Shown here piece by piece: positions 27,517 through 36,626 of a stretch of 64,000 nucleotides of DNA. The stretch covers positions 17,794 to 81,793 of the IMG/VR virus record IMGVR_UViG_3300033072_001141; one strand, 5' to 3'. A model generated the notes under the pieces. That model was given only the letters and a program-made list of their open reading frames with translations. It was not told the origin of the DNA and ran no database searches. The DNA comes from a virus (lineage: Duplodnaviria > Caudoviricetes). The position numbers and the translations under genes are program-made. Each line of letters opens with the position of its first letter. Positions within the stretch are counted from its first letter, which is position 1.

Positions 27517-27717
27517 TTACGCCGGCCGCTTGAAGCCCATCGTTTCGAGGACCTCCCACAGCGCAAGGTAGGCACGCCCCTCGTACTTCGTCGCCTCTTC
27601 CTCGGACGCGAACGTCATCCCATGGCTGACCAGAAGGTCGAACTTCTTGATCGTCCAGACTACGTGAAACTGATCTCTGTCCAACCGGTGCTCACTGATC
27701 CGAATCAGATCCTCCAT
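27517..27717 (-). CDS. Small hypothetical protein
   Basis: MEDLIRISEHRLDRDQFHVVWTIKKF..., 66 aa after an AGAGGG RBS-like site. Confidence 0.5.
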   Translation of the reverse strand: MEDLIRISEHRLDRDQFHVVWTIKKFDLLVSHGMTFASEEEATKYEGRAYLALWEVLETMGFKRPA

Positions 27718-27728
27718 AAAGCACCCTC

Positions 27729-29015
27729 TCAGAAGTCCGTCTCCAGATACAACGAAACAAGATCGAGTCCCACAGCAAGAGCCGTGGCGTTGTTCGTTCT
27801 CCACGCCTGAACCGCGAGCAGCGTGGTGCTAGTAGGAATGTCGGTGGTCCACGTTCCCTCTGACACGTCTCCAGTGTTGAGTCGCTCCACTCTATATCCG
27901 ACCTGTCCATCGCCACTGTTGGAGAACAGGATCAGCTCGTAAGCGTCAGCACTCAGTGTCGCTGCTGGAAAGTTGGCGCCAAGATCAACGGTGGTGGCAG
28001 TTCCGGAACCATCGTTGCGGATAAGATGGAGGTTCGTCGAGGTGGAGAGCTGGCATACGCCGAGCACGTTGGTCAACGTATTCGGCTCTACGTTGGTGGG
28101 CGCTCCGGTCGCGGTGCTCAGGCCGCAGAACATTCTCGCCCCGGACACGGTGGCGGCGTCGCTCGGTACGAATCTCATGACAAGCATGAATCCGCCACCG
28201 ACGCCATCGCCGATGTAGATCTGAGCCGCAGCCAACCTCGCACCGGCAAGAGACCCAGCCGCAGCCGCGGACACGTACCCGAGTCTACGCATGGACGTAG
28301 CCATGTTCGTCACGGCTACCGTTCTCGATGTTGCCGTTCCGGTGGCCGTTGGAGCAGCGATCCCATCGGCCAATGGAGCGATTGTAGCGTTACCAATAGG
28401 CTTCCACTCGCCAATCCTGTTTCGACCCAAAAACGGCTGTAGACTCGTGTTTCTGCCGCTTGGACCAATGGCGGCTGGAAGCACTCGACCGGCGAGACCT
28501 CTACCGAACAGCTTCACCCGACTCGCCGCTGGCGGTGCCGGCGTCGCGATTGATTGAAGCGCCAGCTCGGATCCGTCGATGAGCGCATTCCCAGCAGCGG
28601 CAGGTGACCCTGCTGACACGTACAGGATCGATCCGTCTGAGCCGCTGAACCCAAAACTCCTTTCGCCACCGTTCGCCTCGATGACCTTCCAACCCTCTCC
28701 TCTGACGTACCAGATACCGCTTCCGGCGGGAACCGCGTACGTCCTCGTGAGTCTGGTATTGGTAGTGTCGAACTGGTGAATCGTGACGTTGTGGGTGATC
28801 GAGTCGCGGTTCACGATCTCGACGTATGTGATTACCCTATTCCCGGACCCAGGCGCCGAGACAATCGTTACCGGGGTCGTTCCGTTGCTGCTTCCTCGTT
28901 CGTTGACGTACGAAAGCGTCGTCCCGGAGTCATCCACGCTGTGCGTGACGAAGTCCACCGACGTACCGGCGGCGCCGAGAAGCATTCTGAGCTGCCACGG
29001 GGACGTGAGAATCAT
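27729..29015 (-). CDS. Putative fibre/appendage protein (lower-GC segment)
   Basis: MILTSPWQ... ATGA-coupled to the upstream gene; Thr/Gly/Ala-rich, beta-rich. Confidence 0.6.
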   Translation of the reverse strand: MILTSPWQLRMLLGAAGTSVDFVTHSVDDSGTTLSYVNERGSSNGTTPVTIVSAPGSGNRVITYVEIVNRDSITHNVTIHQFDTTNTRLTRTYAVPAGSGIWYVRGEGWKVIEANGGERSFGFSGSDGSILYVSAGSPAAAGNALIDGSELALQSIATPAPPAASRVKLFGRGLAGRVLPAAIGPSGRNTSLQPFLGRNRIGEWKPIGNATIAPLADGIAAPTATGTATSRTVAVTNMATSMRRLGYVSAAAAGSLAGARLAAAQIYIGDGVGGGFMLVMRFVPSDAATVSGARMFCGLSTATGAPTNVEPNTLTNVLGVCQLSTSTNLHLIRNDGSGTATTVDLGANFPAATLSADAYELILFSNSGDGQVGYRVERLNTGDVSEGTWTTDIPTSTTLLAVQAWRTNNATALAVGLDLVSLYLETDF

Positions 29016-29968
29016 GACTTGCTCCCGAACATGAGAAGGCGCCTTGCCACATCGTATGTGGTGAGTCCTCCGCCTCCGTACGGCGTGTAACCACCCATAT
29101 CCGCCACTGGAAGCCTGACGCTGATTCCGGTTGGTGATCCGACCTTCGTCAGATTTCCCGTTCCTACGGCAGGTGTCACCGTGGCTGGCACCGTGAAGAA
29201 CGATGCGCCGGTGTACGCGAGAGTCCACGACACAACGTCGGTAGGCAACTCTCTCCTGCTCAGGGCCGTGCCAATCGCCGTTCTGAGCTGATCGTCGGTC
29301 AGGGTGCCGGACAGATAGCCAAGTCCGAAGTATCCAGACCTAGCGTCTCTCTCGTCAGTGAACGCGGTTGTCCACCCGATCCTCAGCGTACCGGCTGACG
29401 CTGGGCTCACCGCTCCCGACTGAGATGCCGTGAACTCGTGAGGACCAGGCCCGACCCACACACTCACCGTGGTCGTTCCAGCGCTCTCTGTGACCCTAAG
29501 CGCCACGGCAAAGAACGAACCGACACGAATGTTCGAGAACAGAAGGTTCTGCGGAATCTGTAGCGCCGTTTCGACGCCACCGACATAGACGCGCGCCTGG
29601 AACTGTCCGTACTGCCACCACATCTCCCATCCGGTGGTTCCGTTGATGTTCCTGGCAATCGGATGAACCTTCGACACATCGAGGTTTCTGGCCGGTGAGA
29701 AAAGCACCAGTACGATGAACTGCGTTGCCCCTGGGGCCAGCCCGGTCGTCGCGCCTTCGTAGTAGTTCGACAGCGAGTCCGTGAAGAACCCTCGGGCGAG
29801 AGGAGCCTCTCCCTCGCGAGGATCGAACACACCCGACCCGTCGCGCATCCGGAACGCGTTTCCGTTCCTTCGGATGCCACCCAGAGCAGACGGATCCGCC
29901 AAAGCATCGTCCAGGATGATGCCCTCTTCGTCCGACTCTCCAGGTCTCCTGTCAGGAGTCTGAGCCAC
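29012..29968 (-). CDS. Virion protein with LamG/ConA-like domain
   Basis: Beta-strand pattern 'FIVLVLF...GWEMWW..QARVYVGG..FFAVALRV..VSVWVG..LRIG..LTDDQL'. Confidence 0.55.
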   Translation of the reverse strand: MAQTPDRRPGESDEEGIILDDALADPSALGGIRRNGNAFRMRDGSGVFDPREGEAPLARGFFTDSLSNYYEGATTGLAPGATQFIVLVLFSPARNLDVSKVHPIARNINGTTGWEMWWQYGQFQARVYVGGVETALQIPQNLLFSNIRVGSFFAVALRVTESAGTTTVSVWVGPGPHEFTASQSGAVSPASAGTLRIGWTTAFTDERDARSGYFGLGYLSGTLTDDQLRTAIGTALSRRELPTDVVSWTLAYTGASFFTVPATVTPAVGTGNLTKVGSPTGISVRLPVADMGGYTPYGGGGLTTYDVARRLLMFGSKS

Positions 29969-30539
29969 GCTTCACGCGTCTCCTGGTCGCCTGGACCGCT
30001 CTCTTGGCTACCGGAGATGACGGCACCGCCTGAGCATCCGCCTGAGCATCCTCAGACATGGCCTCGCGGAGACGCTGCTCCTTGATGGACACTGGGGCGC
30101 GCCTTCCCTCCGGCCTGCCCTCCGACGCAGCATCGAGCACCGGCTGCTCGGATGCCTCCTTCTCCAGCTCGATCAGCTTGGCGCGTTCGGCGTCGAAGCG
30201 CTTCTTCACCAGACCCACGAGCTTCTCGGTCTGCAACACCGCTCCGCTCTTGGCGATGACGGCGTTGGTAGCCTGCGCGTGCAACGTGGTGCAGACGCCC
30301 ATGGCACGCTGCACCCACTTGGAAACAACCGACGCCGTCTCCATCGGGATTTTGCCGTCGTTGAGGTCCTGCTGTAGGTGCGGGAGGAGCTGCCCGATCA
30401 ACTTCTCCGCCGTCGCATAGGCCGCCTTGGCACCTTCCTGCTGCTGCACCTCGACCTTCGCCGCTTCGAGCTGGTCGTCGAGGTCCGCGCCGATGTCGTT
30501 GGTGACCGCGACGCGAATCTGCTGCTTGAGCACACTCAC
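29952..30539 (-). CDS. Hypothetical coiled-coil protein
   Basis: 195 aa, helical heptads. Confidence 0.6.
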   Translation of the reverse strand: MSVLKQQIRVAVTNDIGADLDDQLEAAKVEVQQQEGAKAAYATAEKLIGQLLPHLQQDLNDGKIPMETASVVSKWVQRAMGVCTTLHAQATNAVIAKSGAVLQTEKLVGLVKKRFDAERAKLIELEKEASEQPVLDAASEGRPEGRRAPVSIKEQRLREAMSEDAQADAQAVPSSPVAKRAVQATRRRVKRGSDS

Positions 30540-30557
30540 CTCATGCCTCCATCTGAA

Positions 30558-32138
30558 TCAGGTGTAGCGCGCGTACGGGACGACGCAGATCACATCGGGC
30601 GTGGCACCGGTTCCCTTGAGGGCGAACTCGAACCGGAGCTGGCCGTTGGCCAGCGACGTGCCGGGGTAGTAGTCGTTGTTCGCCGCCGCGTTCGCGCCAG
30701 GCCGGAGGAGCTGTCCGTTCAGGAACACGTCGTAGTCGGTGAGGAAGTCGCCGATGCTCATGTCGGGTAGCTGCGCGCTGAGGTTCGCACCTCCTCCGAC
30801 GCCACCCACGTCCGTGTCGGCCGCCGTGTTCGCCGTAACGGCGGCATACACCTTCGGCCGACGGCGCGCCTGGGCGATCGCGCGCAGGAGCGAGACCTCG
30901 CCGAAGGCGGTCTCGAACCTGTCCCACTCCGCCGTGGTGTCGGAGAGCTTGATGCCGGCCGTCTGCGCCCAGGTGGAGCCGGCCTGGTTGCCGTCGTCGA
31001 GGTACAGTTCGGCGAAGCCGCGCACCTCCAGGTCGCCGGCCGTCGTCGCGAGCACGCCGTCCGTGACGCCGACCGCGATGGGCCTGGTGCCGCCGGACCG
31101 GATGGTCGCGCCCGCCGCGAAGTCGTTCACGACCGCGTCGTTGTTGAACATGTCCACGTCCGTGCCGAACTGGATCTGAGACGTGCCGCCGCCGCTTCCC
31201 TCCAGGACGCGGAAGAGCAACGCGTTCGTGAGGTCGCGGATGCGCCACGCGATGCCGGCGCTGTTGAGGTCCAGGTCGGCGTTGGTGGTCAGCTCGACGG
31301 GCGTGGTGCCCTGGTTGTCGTAGGCCACCTGGCGGGTGACGGTGGATCCCGAGGGGGTGTCCACGATCGCTCCACGGAGGAAGTCCTGCTCGTTGAGGTC
31401 CTCCAGCGCCTTGCGCTCGACCGACGCGTAGTTGACCGTCCGACCCTCGATGTCGGAGACCGGACACGCCTCCAGGTCGTCTCCCGCCGCGTTGATGCGC
31501 ACGAACGAGAGCTGCGCCCTGTTCGGCGTGGTGCCCGTCATCGTGTGGCCGTCGGTCGCGGTCTCGGTCTGGAAGAGCGCGTAGACCGTGCGGCCAGAGG
31601 AAACGATGGGATCGCGAGACGCACCGTCCACCACCTCGCAGAGGTTCTTCGGGCTGATCGCCGTCGATCCGGACACCTCGGTCAGCGAGTGCGAGGTGCC
31701 GAACGAGCCGCCATGAGCTGCCGCCACCGTGCCGCGCGTCGTGACCGCGCCGACCGCCGCCGTGGTGTTGCTCGGAAGCTGGGCGAGCGAAAGGACGACG
31801 TAGTTCTGGGTCGCCGGAACCGCCACGTCGGAGAGGTTCGTGACCGTCACGAGAACGCGCTTGCGCTCCAGCGCGTGGAGGTCGTCCGCGATGGTCTGGA
31901 CGCCACGAACTGCGCCCTCGGACGGAAACACCGGCGGAGCCGTGAAGGCGTCGTACCAGTTCCCGGTCTGGAGGTCGTTGAAGTACGACAGCATCGACCG
32001 GATGTTGTTCAGGTCATCTGCGAGGCTGACCGCTCCCGACTCCATGGTCGCCGCGGGAGCCACGTTGTCCACGAAGCCGACATCCGACTGGTTCGTCGAG
32101 CTGACCTGAGCATCCTGACGAATGAAGGTGCGGGCCAT
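30558..32138 (-). CDS. Virion structural protein (fibre/whisker-like)
   Basis: 526 aa; AGGAG RBS; C-terminal 'YDVFLNGQLL..G..NDY' module shared with 32172-32858. Confidence 0.65.
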   Translation of the reverse strand: MARTFIRQDAQVSSTNQSDVGFVDNVAPAATMESGAVSLADDLNNIRSMLSYFNDLQTGNWYDAFTAPPVFPSEGAVRGVQTIADDLHALERKRVLVTVTNLSDVAVPATQNYVVLSLAQLPSNTTAAVGAVTTRGTVAAAHGGSFGTSHSLTEVSGSTAISPKNLCEVVDGASRDPIVSSGRTVYALFQTETATDGHTMTGTTPNRAQLSFVRINAAGDDLEACPVSDIEGRTVNYASVERKALEDLNEQDFLRGAIVDTPSGSTVTRQVAYDNQGTTPVELTTNADLDLNSAGIAWRIRDLTNALLFRVLEGSGGGTSQIQFGTDVDMFNNDAVVNDFAAGATIRSGGTRPIAVGVTDGVLATTAGDLEVRGFAELYLDDGNQAGSTWAQTAGIKLSDTTAEWDRFETAFGEVSLLRAIAQARRRPKVYAAVTANTAADTDVGGVGGGANLSAQLPDMSIGDFLTDYDVFLNGQLLRPGANAAANNDYYPGTSLANGQLRFEFALKGTGATPDVICVVPYARYT

Positions 32139-32159
32139 CTTTTCTCCTGCGGTTGTGGG

Positions 32160-32168
32160 AGCCTACCA
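32160..32168 (-). promoter_or_regulatory. Putative extended -10 promoter TGGTAGGCT
   Basis: TGnTAnnnT in the gap upstream of the RBS of 30558-32138. Confidence 0.35.
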
Positions 32169-32171
32169 CGC

Positions 32172-32858
32172 TCATGGAGCGGGCACGTAGTCGATCACCA
32201 GCTTGTCCGTTGAGCGCGGAGGGAACTGCATGTGGATCGTGTCGTACCCGGTCCCGATGCCACCGCTCTCCTCGGCCACGTAGTCGTTGCCTGCGCCCTC
32301 GTCGAGCAACACCCCGTTGAGGTACACCGACTCGCGCTCGTAGCCCACGTGGACGAACTTGGCGCCCACGGTGAAGATGAGGTTCACCGAGTTCTTCGTG
32401 CCGAGGACCGGCTCCCGGTATCTCCGCACGGCGGATCCATCGGGTCCGCCGAAGGCCACGTCCTGCGGCGAGACCAGCAGCTCGTTCGAGCTGGTCGCCA
32501 CCGCCATCTGCTGGAAGAAGACGGATCCGGACGGGTAGGTCAGGTCTCCGACCTTTGCCAGACGCCCATCGGTGCCTACCAGGTACGCCACACCGGCGAC
32601 GAGACCGGTGTAGATGCCCACCATCGGACCGTGGAACTGCACAACGCAGAGCGTCGGGCTGTCCTTTCGGACAATGACGCCGACCGCCGGTGGGCTGCCG
32701 GGGACCGTGATGTCCACCCTGGCGACCTGGTATCGGTTCGCGACCTTCGGCCCGGTGATGCGAACGCAGTCGCCGACGAGATCTCCGGCCAAGCAGTTGG
32801 CCTTGCCCAAGATCTTCTGCGCGCGGGGAATCGAGGCTGCGTTCACCTTCGCGGTCAT
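32172..32858 (-). CDS. Virion decoration-type protein
   Basis: N-terminal 'GIYTGLVAG..YLVGTDGRL' and C-terminal 'VYLNGVLL..G.GNDY' modules. Confidence 0.55.
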   Translation of the reverse strand: MTAKVNAASIPRAQKILGKANCLAGDLVGDCVRITGPKVANRYQVARVDITVPGSPPAVGVIVRKDSPTLCVVQFHGPMVGIYTGLVAGVAYLVGTDGRLAKVGDLTYPSGSVFFQQMAVATSSNELLVSPQDVAFGGPDGSAVRRYREPVLGTKNSVNLIFTVGAKFVHVGYERESVYLNGVLLDEGAGNDYVAEESGGIGTGYDTIHMQFPPRSTDKLVIDYVPAP

Positions 32859-32872
32859 CGGGCCCCAGCCTA

Positions 32873-33508
32873 TCAGAGCCGCGCGTCGTCGTTCCTCGTC
32901 ACGGCGCTCACGATCTCGACCGCCGCGGAAGTTGCGCGCGCGGCCACCGGGCTGACCGTCGCCAGCGTCAGTTCGGCCACATGCTCTGGCTGGACCTCAA
33001 GCTCCTGGATGGACACGTCCGAGGAGGTCGCGTCGAAGTCGGAGCCCGCCTTGTACCTCGTCGGCAGGCAGTCGTAGAGGATCCACCCGCGGCCTGGAGT
33101 TCGTAGTGCTGCCTGGAGGAACGCCGTGTCGGGGAACGAGAGATTCGAGCCTGTGACCTGCGACTGCACCTTCCAGCCGAGGAAGTGGACGATCACGAGC
33201 GTGCGCCGAATCGGCTGCCGCCCGACGATGGCCCCGGTGATCCAGTTGTAGAAGTCGGAGTCGTAGAAGCGCGCCCCCCTGGACATCGAGACCGGACCTG
33301 CCTCGGCCTTCTTCACGATCCGGCGCTTGTACTCCCAGTTCCCCGGTTGCACATCGCGCAGCTCGACGGAGATCTCCGGAGCGGTGCAGGCCGAGAAGCC
33401 GAGCGCCGGATCGAAGATGCTGAGCAGCGAGTTCCCGCTGGGTCCCGACGCATCGAAGACCCAGAACGGGAACGCCTGCATCATGTCGAGAAGCCGCGCT
33501 CTCGCCAA
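32873..33508 (-). CDS. Tail tube protein, paralogue 2 (T4 gp19-like)
   Basis: 'GFSACTAPEISVE...GNWEY...VSMSRG..FYNW...W.LYDCLPTRYKAGSDFDATSSDVSIQELEV'; TTG start. Confidence 0.85.
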   Translation of the reverse strand: MARARLLDMMQAFPFWVFDASGPSGNSLLSIFDPALGFSACTAPEISVELRDVQPGNWEYKRRIVKKAEAGPVSMSRGARFYDSDFYNWITGAIVGRQPIRRTLVIVHFLGWKVQSQVTGSNLSFPDTAFLQAALRTPGRGWILYDCLPTRYKAGSDFDATSSDVSIQELEVQPEHVAELTLATVSPVAARATSAAVEIVSAVTRNDDARL

Positions 33509-33511
33509 AAC

Positions 33512-34324
33512 CTACCGTCCTTCCGAGAAGATACCGAACTTGCGTTCGCAACGGATGCCGAGGCTGTCAGCGTAGATTGCAAGCCCAAGCGCGTCCACGT
33601 TCTGACCGAAGAACCGGAGCTGTCCGATGCCGGTCTTCAACATCGACCTCGTACCCTTCGCACCATACTCCATCGCGAGTGCCTGAGCGTCGTCGAGCAT
33701 CCGAACGCTCTTCGATGTCAGCGCGCCAACCAGGTACGACCTCGTGCGTCGCTTGTCCGCCCAGCGGTTCCACGACCCATCGGAGTCCCAGAGTCCGCGA
33801 AGGAAGTGGGTGCGGTGGCCGCCGGCCTGGGGGATGCGGATCCTCTCTGCCTTGTTGCCGTAGCTGAGGCCCAACATCTCCTCGGCCAGCTCCACCAACG
33901 TGATGCCGCCGAGGTAGACGCTGACGCAGCCCTTGCGCTCGTAGAGGGAGCCGCCGCCGCTGAGGTCGCGAACACGCTCGCACACCTCCCGCGTCCCGCA
34001 CAGATGGACCGCCCTCCGCTCGATCCACCCGTCGCCGGAGATGAGGCCCCATGCCCACGCGCTGGCCGGCGTCCACGTCGCCCAAAACTCGCTCTTGAAC
34101 GGCAAGACGCGGTTCATGCGCCCGTTGGCCGAGCGGTAGTCCTCCGGCGTCCGAAGAACCCCGCGCGCCTCTAGGAAGCGCCTTGCACGGTCGCGAGGGA
34201 ACCCTGTGACCCTCGATGCCGCCGCGCTGGAGCCCAGTTCCTCGTAGGCACGAAGGAGCGCTGACTCCATCTCTGGAGTTACCTCACGTCGGTTCCAGGC
34301 AGCGGCGCCGACTACGAACACCAC
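33512..34324 (-). CDS. Two-motif LAGLIDADG homing endonuclease with N-terminal HTH
   Basis: 'AWAWGLISGDGWI' and 'HFLRGLWDSDGSW'. Confidence 0.85.
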   Translation of the reverse strand: MVFVVGAAAWNRREVTPEMESALLRAYEELGSSAAASRVTGFPRDRARRFLEARGVLRTPEDYRSANGRMNRVLPFKSEFWATWTPASAWAWGLISGDGWIERRAVHLCGTREVCERVRDLSGGGSLYERKGCVSVYLGGITLVELAEEMLGLSYGNKAERIRIPQAGGHRTHFLRGLWDSDGSWNRWADKRRTRSYLVGALTSKSVRMLDDAQALAMEYGAKGTRSMLKTGIGQLRFFGQNVDALGLAIYADSLGIRCERKFGIFSEGR

Positions 34325-34330
34325 GCCTGC

Positions 34331-34342
34331 ATCCTAGCACAA
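34331..34342 (-). promoter_or_regulatory. Putative extended -10 promoter TTGTGCTAGGAT, 6 nt before the endonuclease GTG
   Basis: TGnTAnnnT, overlapped by a CCTAGC/GCTAGG inverted repeat; no SD before the start. Confidence 0.5.
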
Positions 34343-34346
34343 GAGG

Positions 34347-34622
34347 CTAGGACTGGGCGACGATCTCCATGGCGCGCGGAAGCGGATCCGAGCACCGAGG
34401 GAAGTGCATGGCGCTGGTCTCCGGGTACGCGGCCGTGCCGAACTCGGCGACCATCACGCCGTCTCGCCATGCGCGAGACCGGCCCGGGTACTTCCGGTCC
34501 TTTCCGCCGGGCACCGTCACAGTGATGATGTCCACGGTGACCTCGTCGGCCTCGATCACCTCTCCCGATTCGAGTCTGACCTGCATGAGCGCCTCCATGT
34601 CGAGCAGCCGCGGACGAGCCAC
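34347..34622 (-). CDS. Small protein whose first 9 codons match tube paralogue 2 (MARPRLLDM)
   Basis: Direct sequence comparison with 33482-33508. Confidence 0.6.
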   Translation of the reverse strand: MARPRLLDMEALMQVRLESGEVIEADEVTVDIITVTVPGGKDRKYPGRSRAWRDGVMVAEFGTAAYPETSAMHFPRCSDPLPRAMEIVAQS

Positions 34623-34652
34623 AGGGAGACCCCCTACGGGAGGATCCCGTGG

Positions 34653-35222
34653 TCAGACGCCGATGCGGGTGCCGTCCGGGCGGATGACGCCCCAGCGCTC
34701 GACGGCCACGTCCATCTCCATGATGCCCACGTCCGAGGTGGAGGCGTCGAGGTCGCCCGCGATCTTCACGCGGATGGGGAACGCCTCGAAGAGGAAGTAG
34801 CGCTTCGCCTCGTTGTTCGGGAACGAGGTCGCGAGGTCGTGCGGGAACGACCGGCCGGCGCGCGTCGCGTGGAACACCGTGATGTCCGTGCGGTACTCGC
34901 GACCCTCGATGGCCGCCAGGACCCAGCTCAGGAACGCCGTGTCGTTCCTGCCGACGCCGCGGGAGAAGGTGCAGTCGTTCACCGTGGGGACGCCCGGGTA
35001 CTTCTCGGTGTAGGTCTTGATGCCCTCCCGGTACTCGGCCGCCTCGACCGTGAACTCCGGGGTGGTGACCGCCGTGAAGCCCGCCTCGGACGTGTCACCC
35101 ACGCCTGGCGAGGGAACACCACCGGGCTGCATCGCGTCGATGGCCGCGAGTCCGTCGATCGCGCCAGCGCGCGCGTGGAAGCGGAAGTTGTGCAGCGGAT
35201 CCGTCGCCTGAGCCCTCGCCAT
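34653..35222 (-). CDS. Tail tube protein, paralogue 1 (T4 gp19-like)
   Basis: 'DPLHNFRF...AGF..VT.PE.TVE..EYREG...KYPG..T..D.TFSRG...FP.RV..GDLDASTSDV.I.EM.V..E'. Confidence 0.9.
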   Translation of the reverse strand: MARAQATDPLHNFRFHARAGAIDGLAAIDAMQPGGVPSPGVGDTSEAGFTAVTTPEFTVEAAEYREGIKTYTEKYPGVPTVNDCTFSRGVGRNDTAFLSWVLAAIEGREYRTDITVFHATRAGRSFPHDLATSFPNNEAKRYFLFEAFPIRVKIAGDLDASTSDVGIMEMDVAVERWGVIRPDGTRIGV

Positions 35223-35240
35223 GTGCCTGCTCCTTCTTCG

Positions 35241-35789
35241 TCAGTAGCTCGGAGTCAGAACCACGTTCCGACCGATGATGTCACCCAGGGTGGTGAACCT
35301 TCCCTCGCCCAGTTCGAGTGGGGTGGGAAGCTGGGACACCCGGTTGATGAACTCTCGGAGGGTCATGTCCTCCTCGGCCATCTCCGTAGCGATCAGGTTG
35401 TACAACGACGGCCACTTCTCGACCATGGCCAGCACGTACAGCCCGCGGTTGAGGGACCAGTGGTTGCGCGACTCGCTCCTCCACCCACCGGAAGAACGCA
35501 GCGCGCGACCGAAAGCCCTGGTCGGATCCATCTCTCGCAGGTCGATACCCTGCTGCGCGAACCTCTCCGCCGCGGACAGACCGTAGGCCGACGCCGCGTT
35601 CTCGCGGATCCATCGGCGCCAGCTCGCCTGGTCCAGACCCTCGTGGCCCATGACCATGACTGGCAGGACGCCCTGCGCCTCCTGCGCCGGCCGAGATGCG
35701 TTGTCGAGACGCACGACACGCACGATCAGCCCCTCGTCGTCCGGAGGGGCGAAGGCGAGCGCGGAATCGAGCTGCTCGGAGAGCTTCAT
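35241..35789 (-). CDS. Hypothetical protein
   Basis: 182 aa; starts MKLSEQL (compare 43382-43705 MRISEQL). Confidence 0.6.
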   Translation of the reverse strand: MKLSEQLDSALAFAPPDDEGLIVRVVRLDNASRPAQEAQGVLPVMVMGHEGLDQASWRRWIRENAASAYGLSAAERFAQQGIDLREMDPTRAFGRALRSSGGWRSESRNHWSLNRGLYVLAMVEKWPSLYNLIATEMAEEDMTLREFINRVSQLPTPLELGEGRFTTLGDIIGRNVVLTPSY

Positions 35790-35802
35790 GGTCTGAACCG
35801 TA

Positions 35803-36585
35803 TCACGCGGCTGGCCGCGCGGTCACTCGGGCGAGCATCGCTGCCGCCGCTCCGGCGGTGACGAGACGAAGTCGCTCGTCGCCGCCCAGCATGATGGGCG
35901 AGCTGATCAGGATCACTCCGCCGGCACCCGTCTGGATCGTGGCCGCCGTGCCATCTGGCAGGACGGTGGAGAGGGTGTAGCTGGCCGCGCCGGTCACCTG
36001 GAGCAGGACCCTGTCCACCCTCCACAGGGCCGGCTTGGACACGGGCTGACCGTCCACGAGCTTCTTGACTGTGAAGTCGAAGTCGAAGACGCCGCCGAAC
36101 GTCGCCTCGGGGAAGAGACGCACACCATCCACATCCACCGGCTCCGACGGAAGATTGGCACCTCCGGTCAGCGACGACACAACGAAGCCGGCGTTCACCA
36201 CCGTGTCTGGCAGCGCCGGCAGGTTACCAGCGGCACCTCCCAGCGCGTTCAGCAGGTTCACCTGGTTGCCGCCGCCGACCGACGCGTAGAGCGCGATACC
36301 CGGCGTGCGGTTGATGGCGGCGATGATGGCGTCGCGGACCGCCGATGCCGACATCGCGTCGGTGACGAAGACGCGCCTCGTCGTGGTCGTCTCCTGGACG
36401 CCGCCGGCCGGGTTCTTGTCGAAGACGAAGGTGAAGACCTCCTTCGCGCGCGCACGCAGCTTGAAGGTCTCCCCCTGCGCCAACAAGAGACCGGCGACGG
36501 TGGTGATCGTGCCCGACGAACCGCCGTTGGCTCCCGTGAACTGGGAGCCCGCTGCGATTCGCTGCTCGATGGTCAGAAAGCTCAC
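35803..36585 (-). CDS. Virion structural protein, hypothetical
   Basis: 260 aa Gly/Ala/Thr-rich; 'DAMSASAVRDAIIAAIN...V.L.N...G.AGN' fibre-type module. Confidence 0.55.
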   Translation of the reverse strand: MSFLTIEQRIAAGSQFTGANGGSSGTITTVAGLLLAQGETFKLRARAKEVFTFVFDKNPAGGVQETTTTRRVFVTDAMSASAVRDAIIAAINRTPGIALYASVGGGNQVNLLNALGGAAGNLPALPDTVVNAGFVVSSLTGGANLPSEPVDVDGVRLFPEATFGGVFDFDFTVKKLVDGQPVSKPALWRVDRVLLQVTGAASYTLSTVLPDGTAATIQTGAGGVILISSPIMLGGDERLRLVTAGAAAAMLARVTARPAA

Positions 36586-36626
36586 CTGCGTCTCCGATCA
36601 GACCGCCCCGAGGAGCGGGCCAGAAA

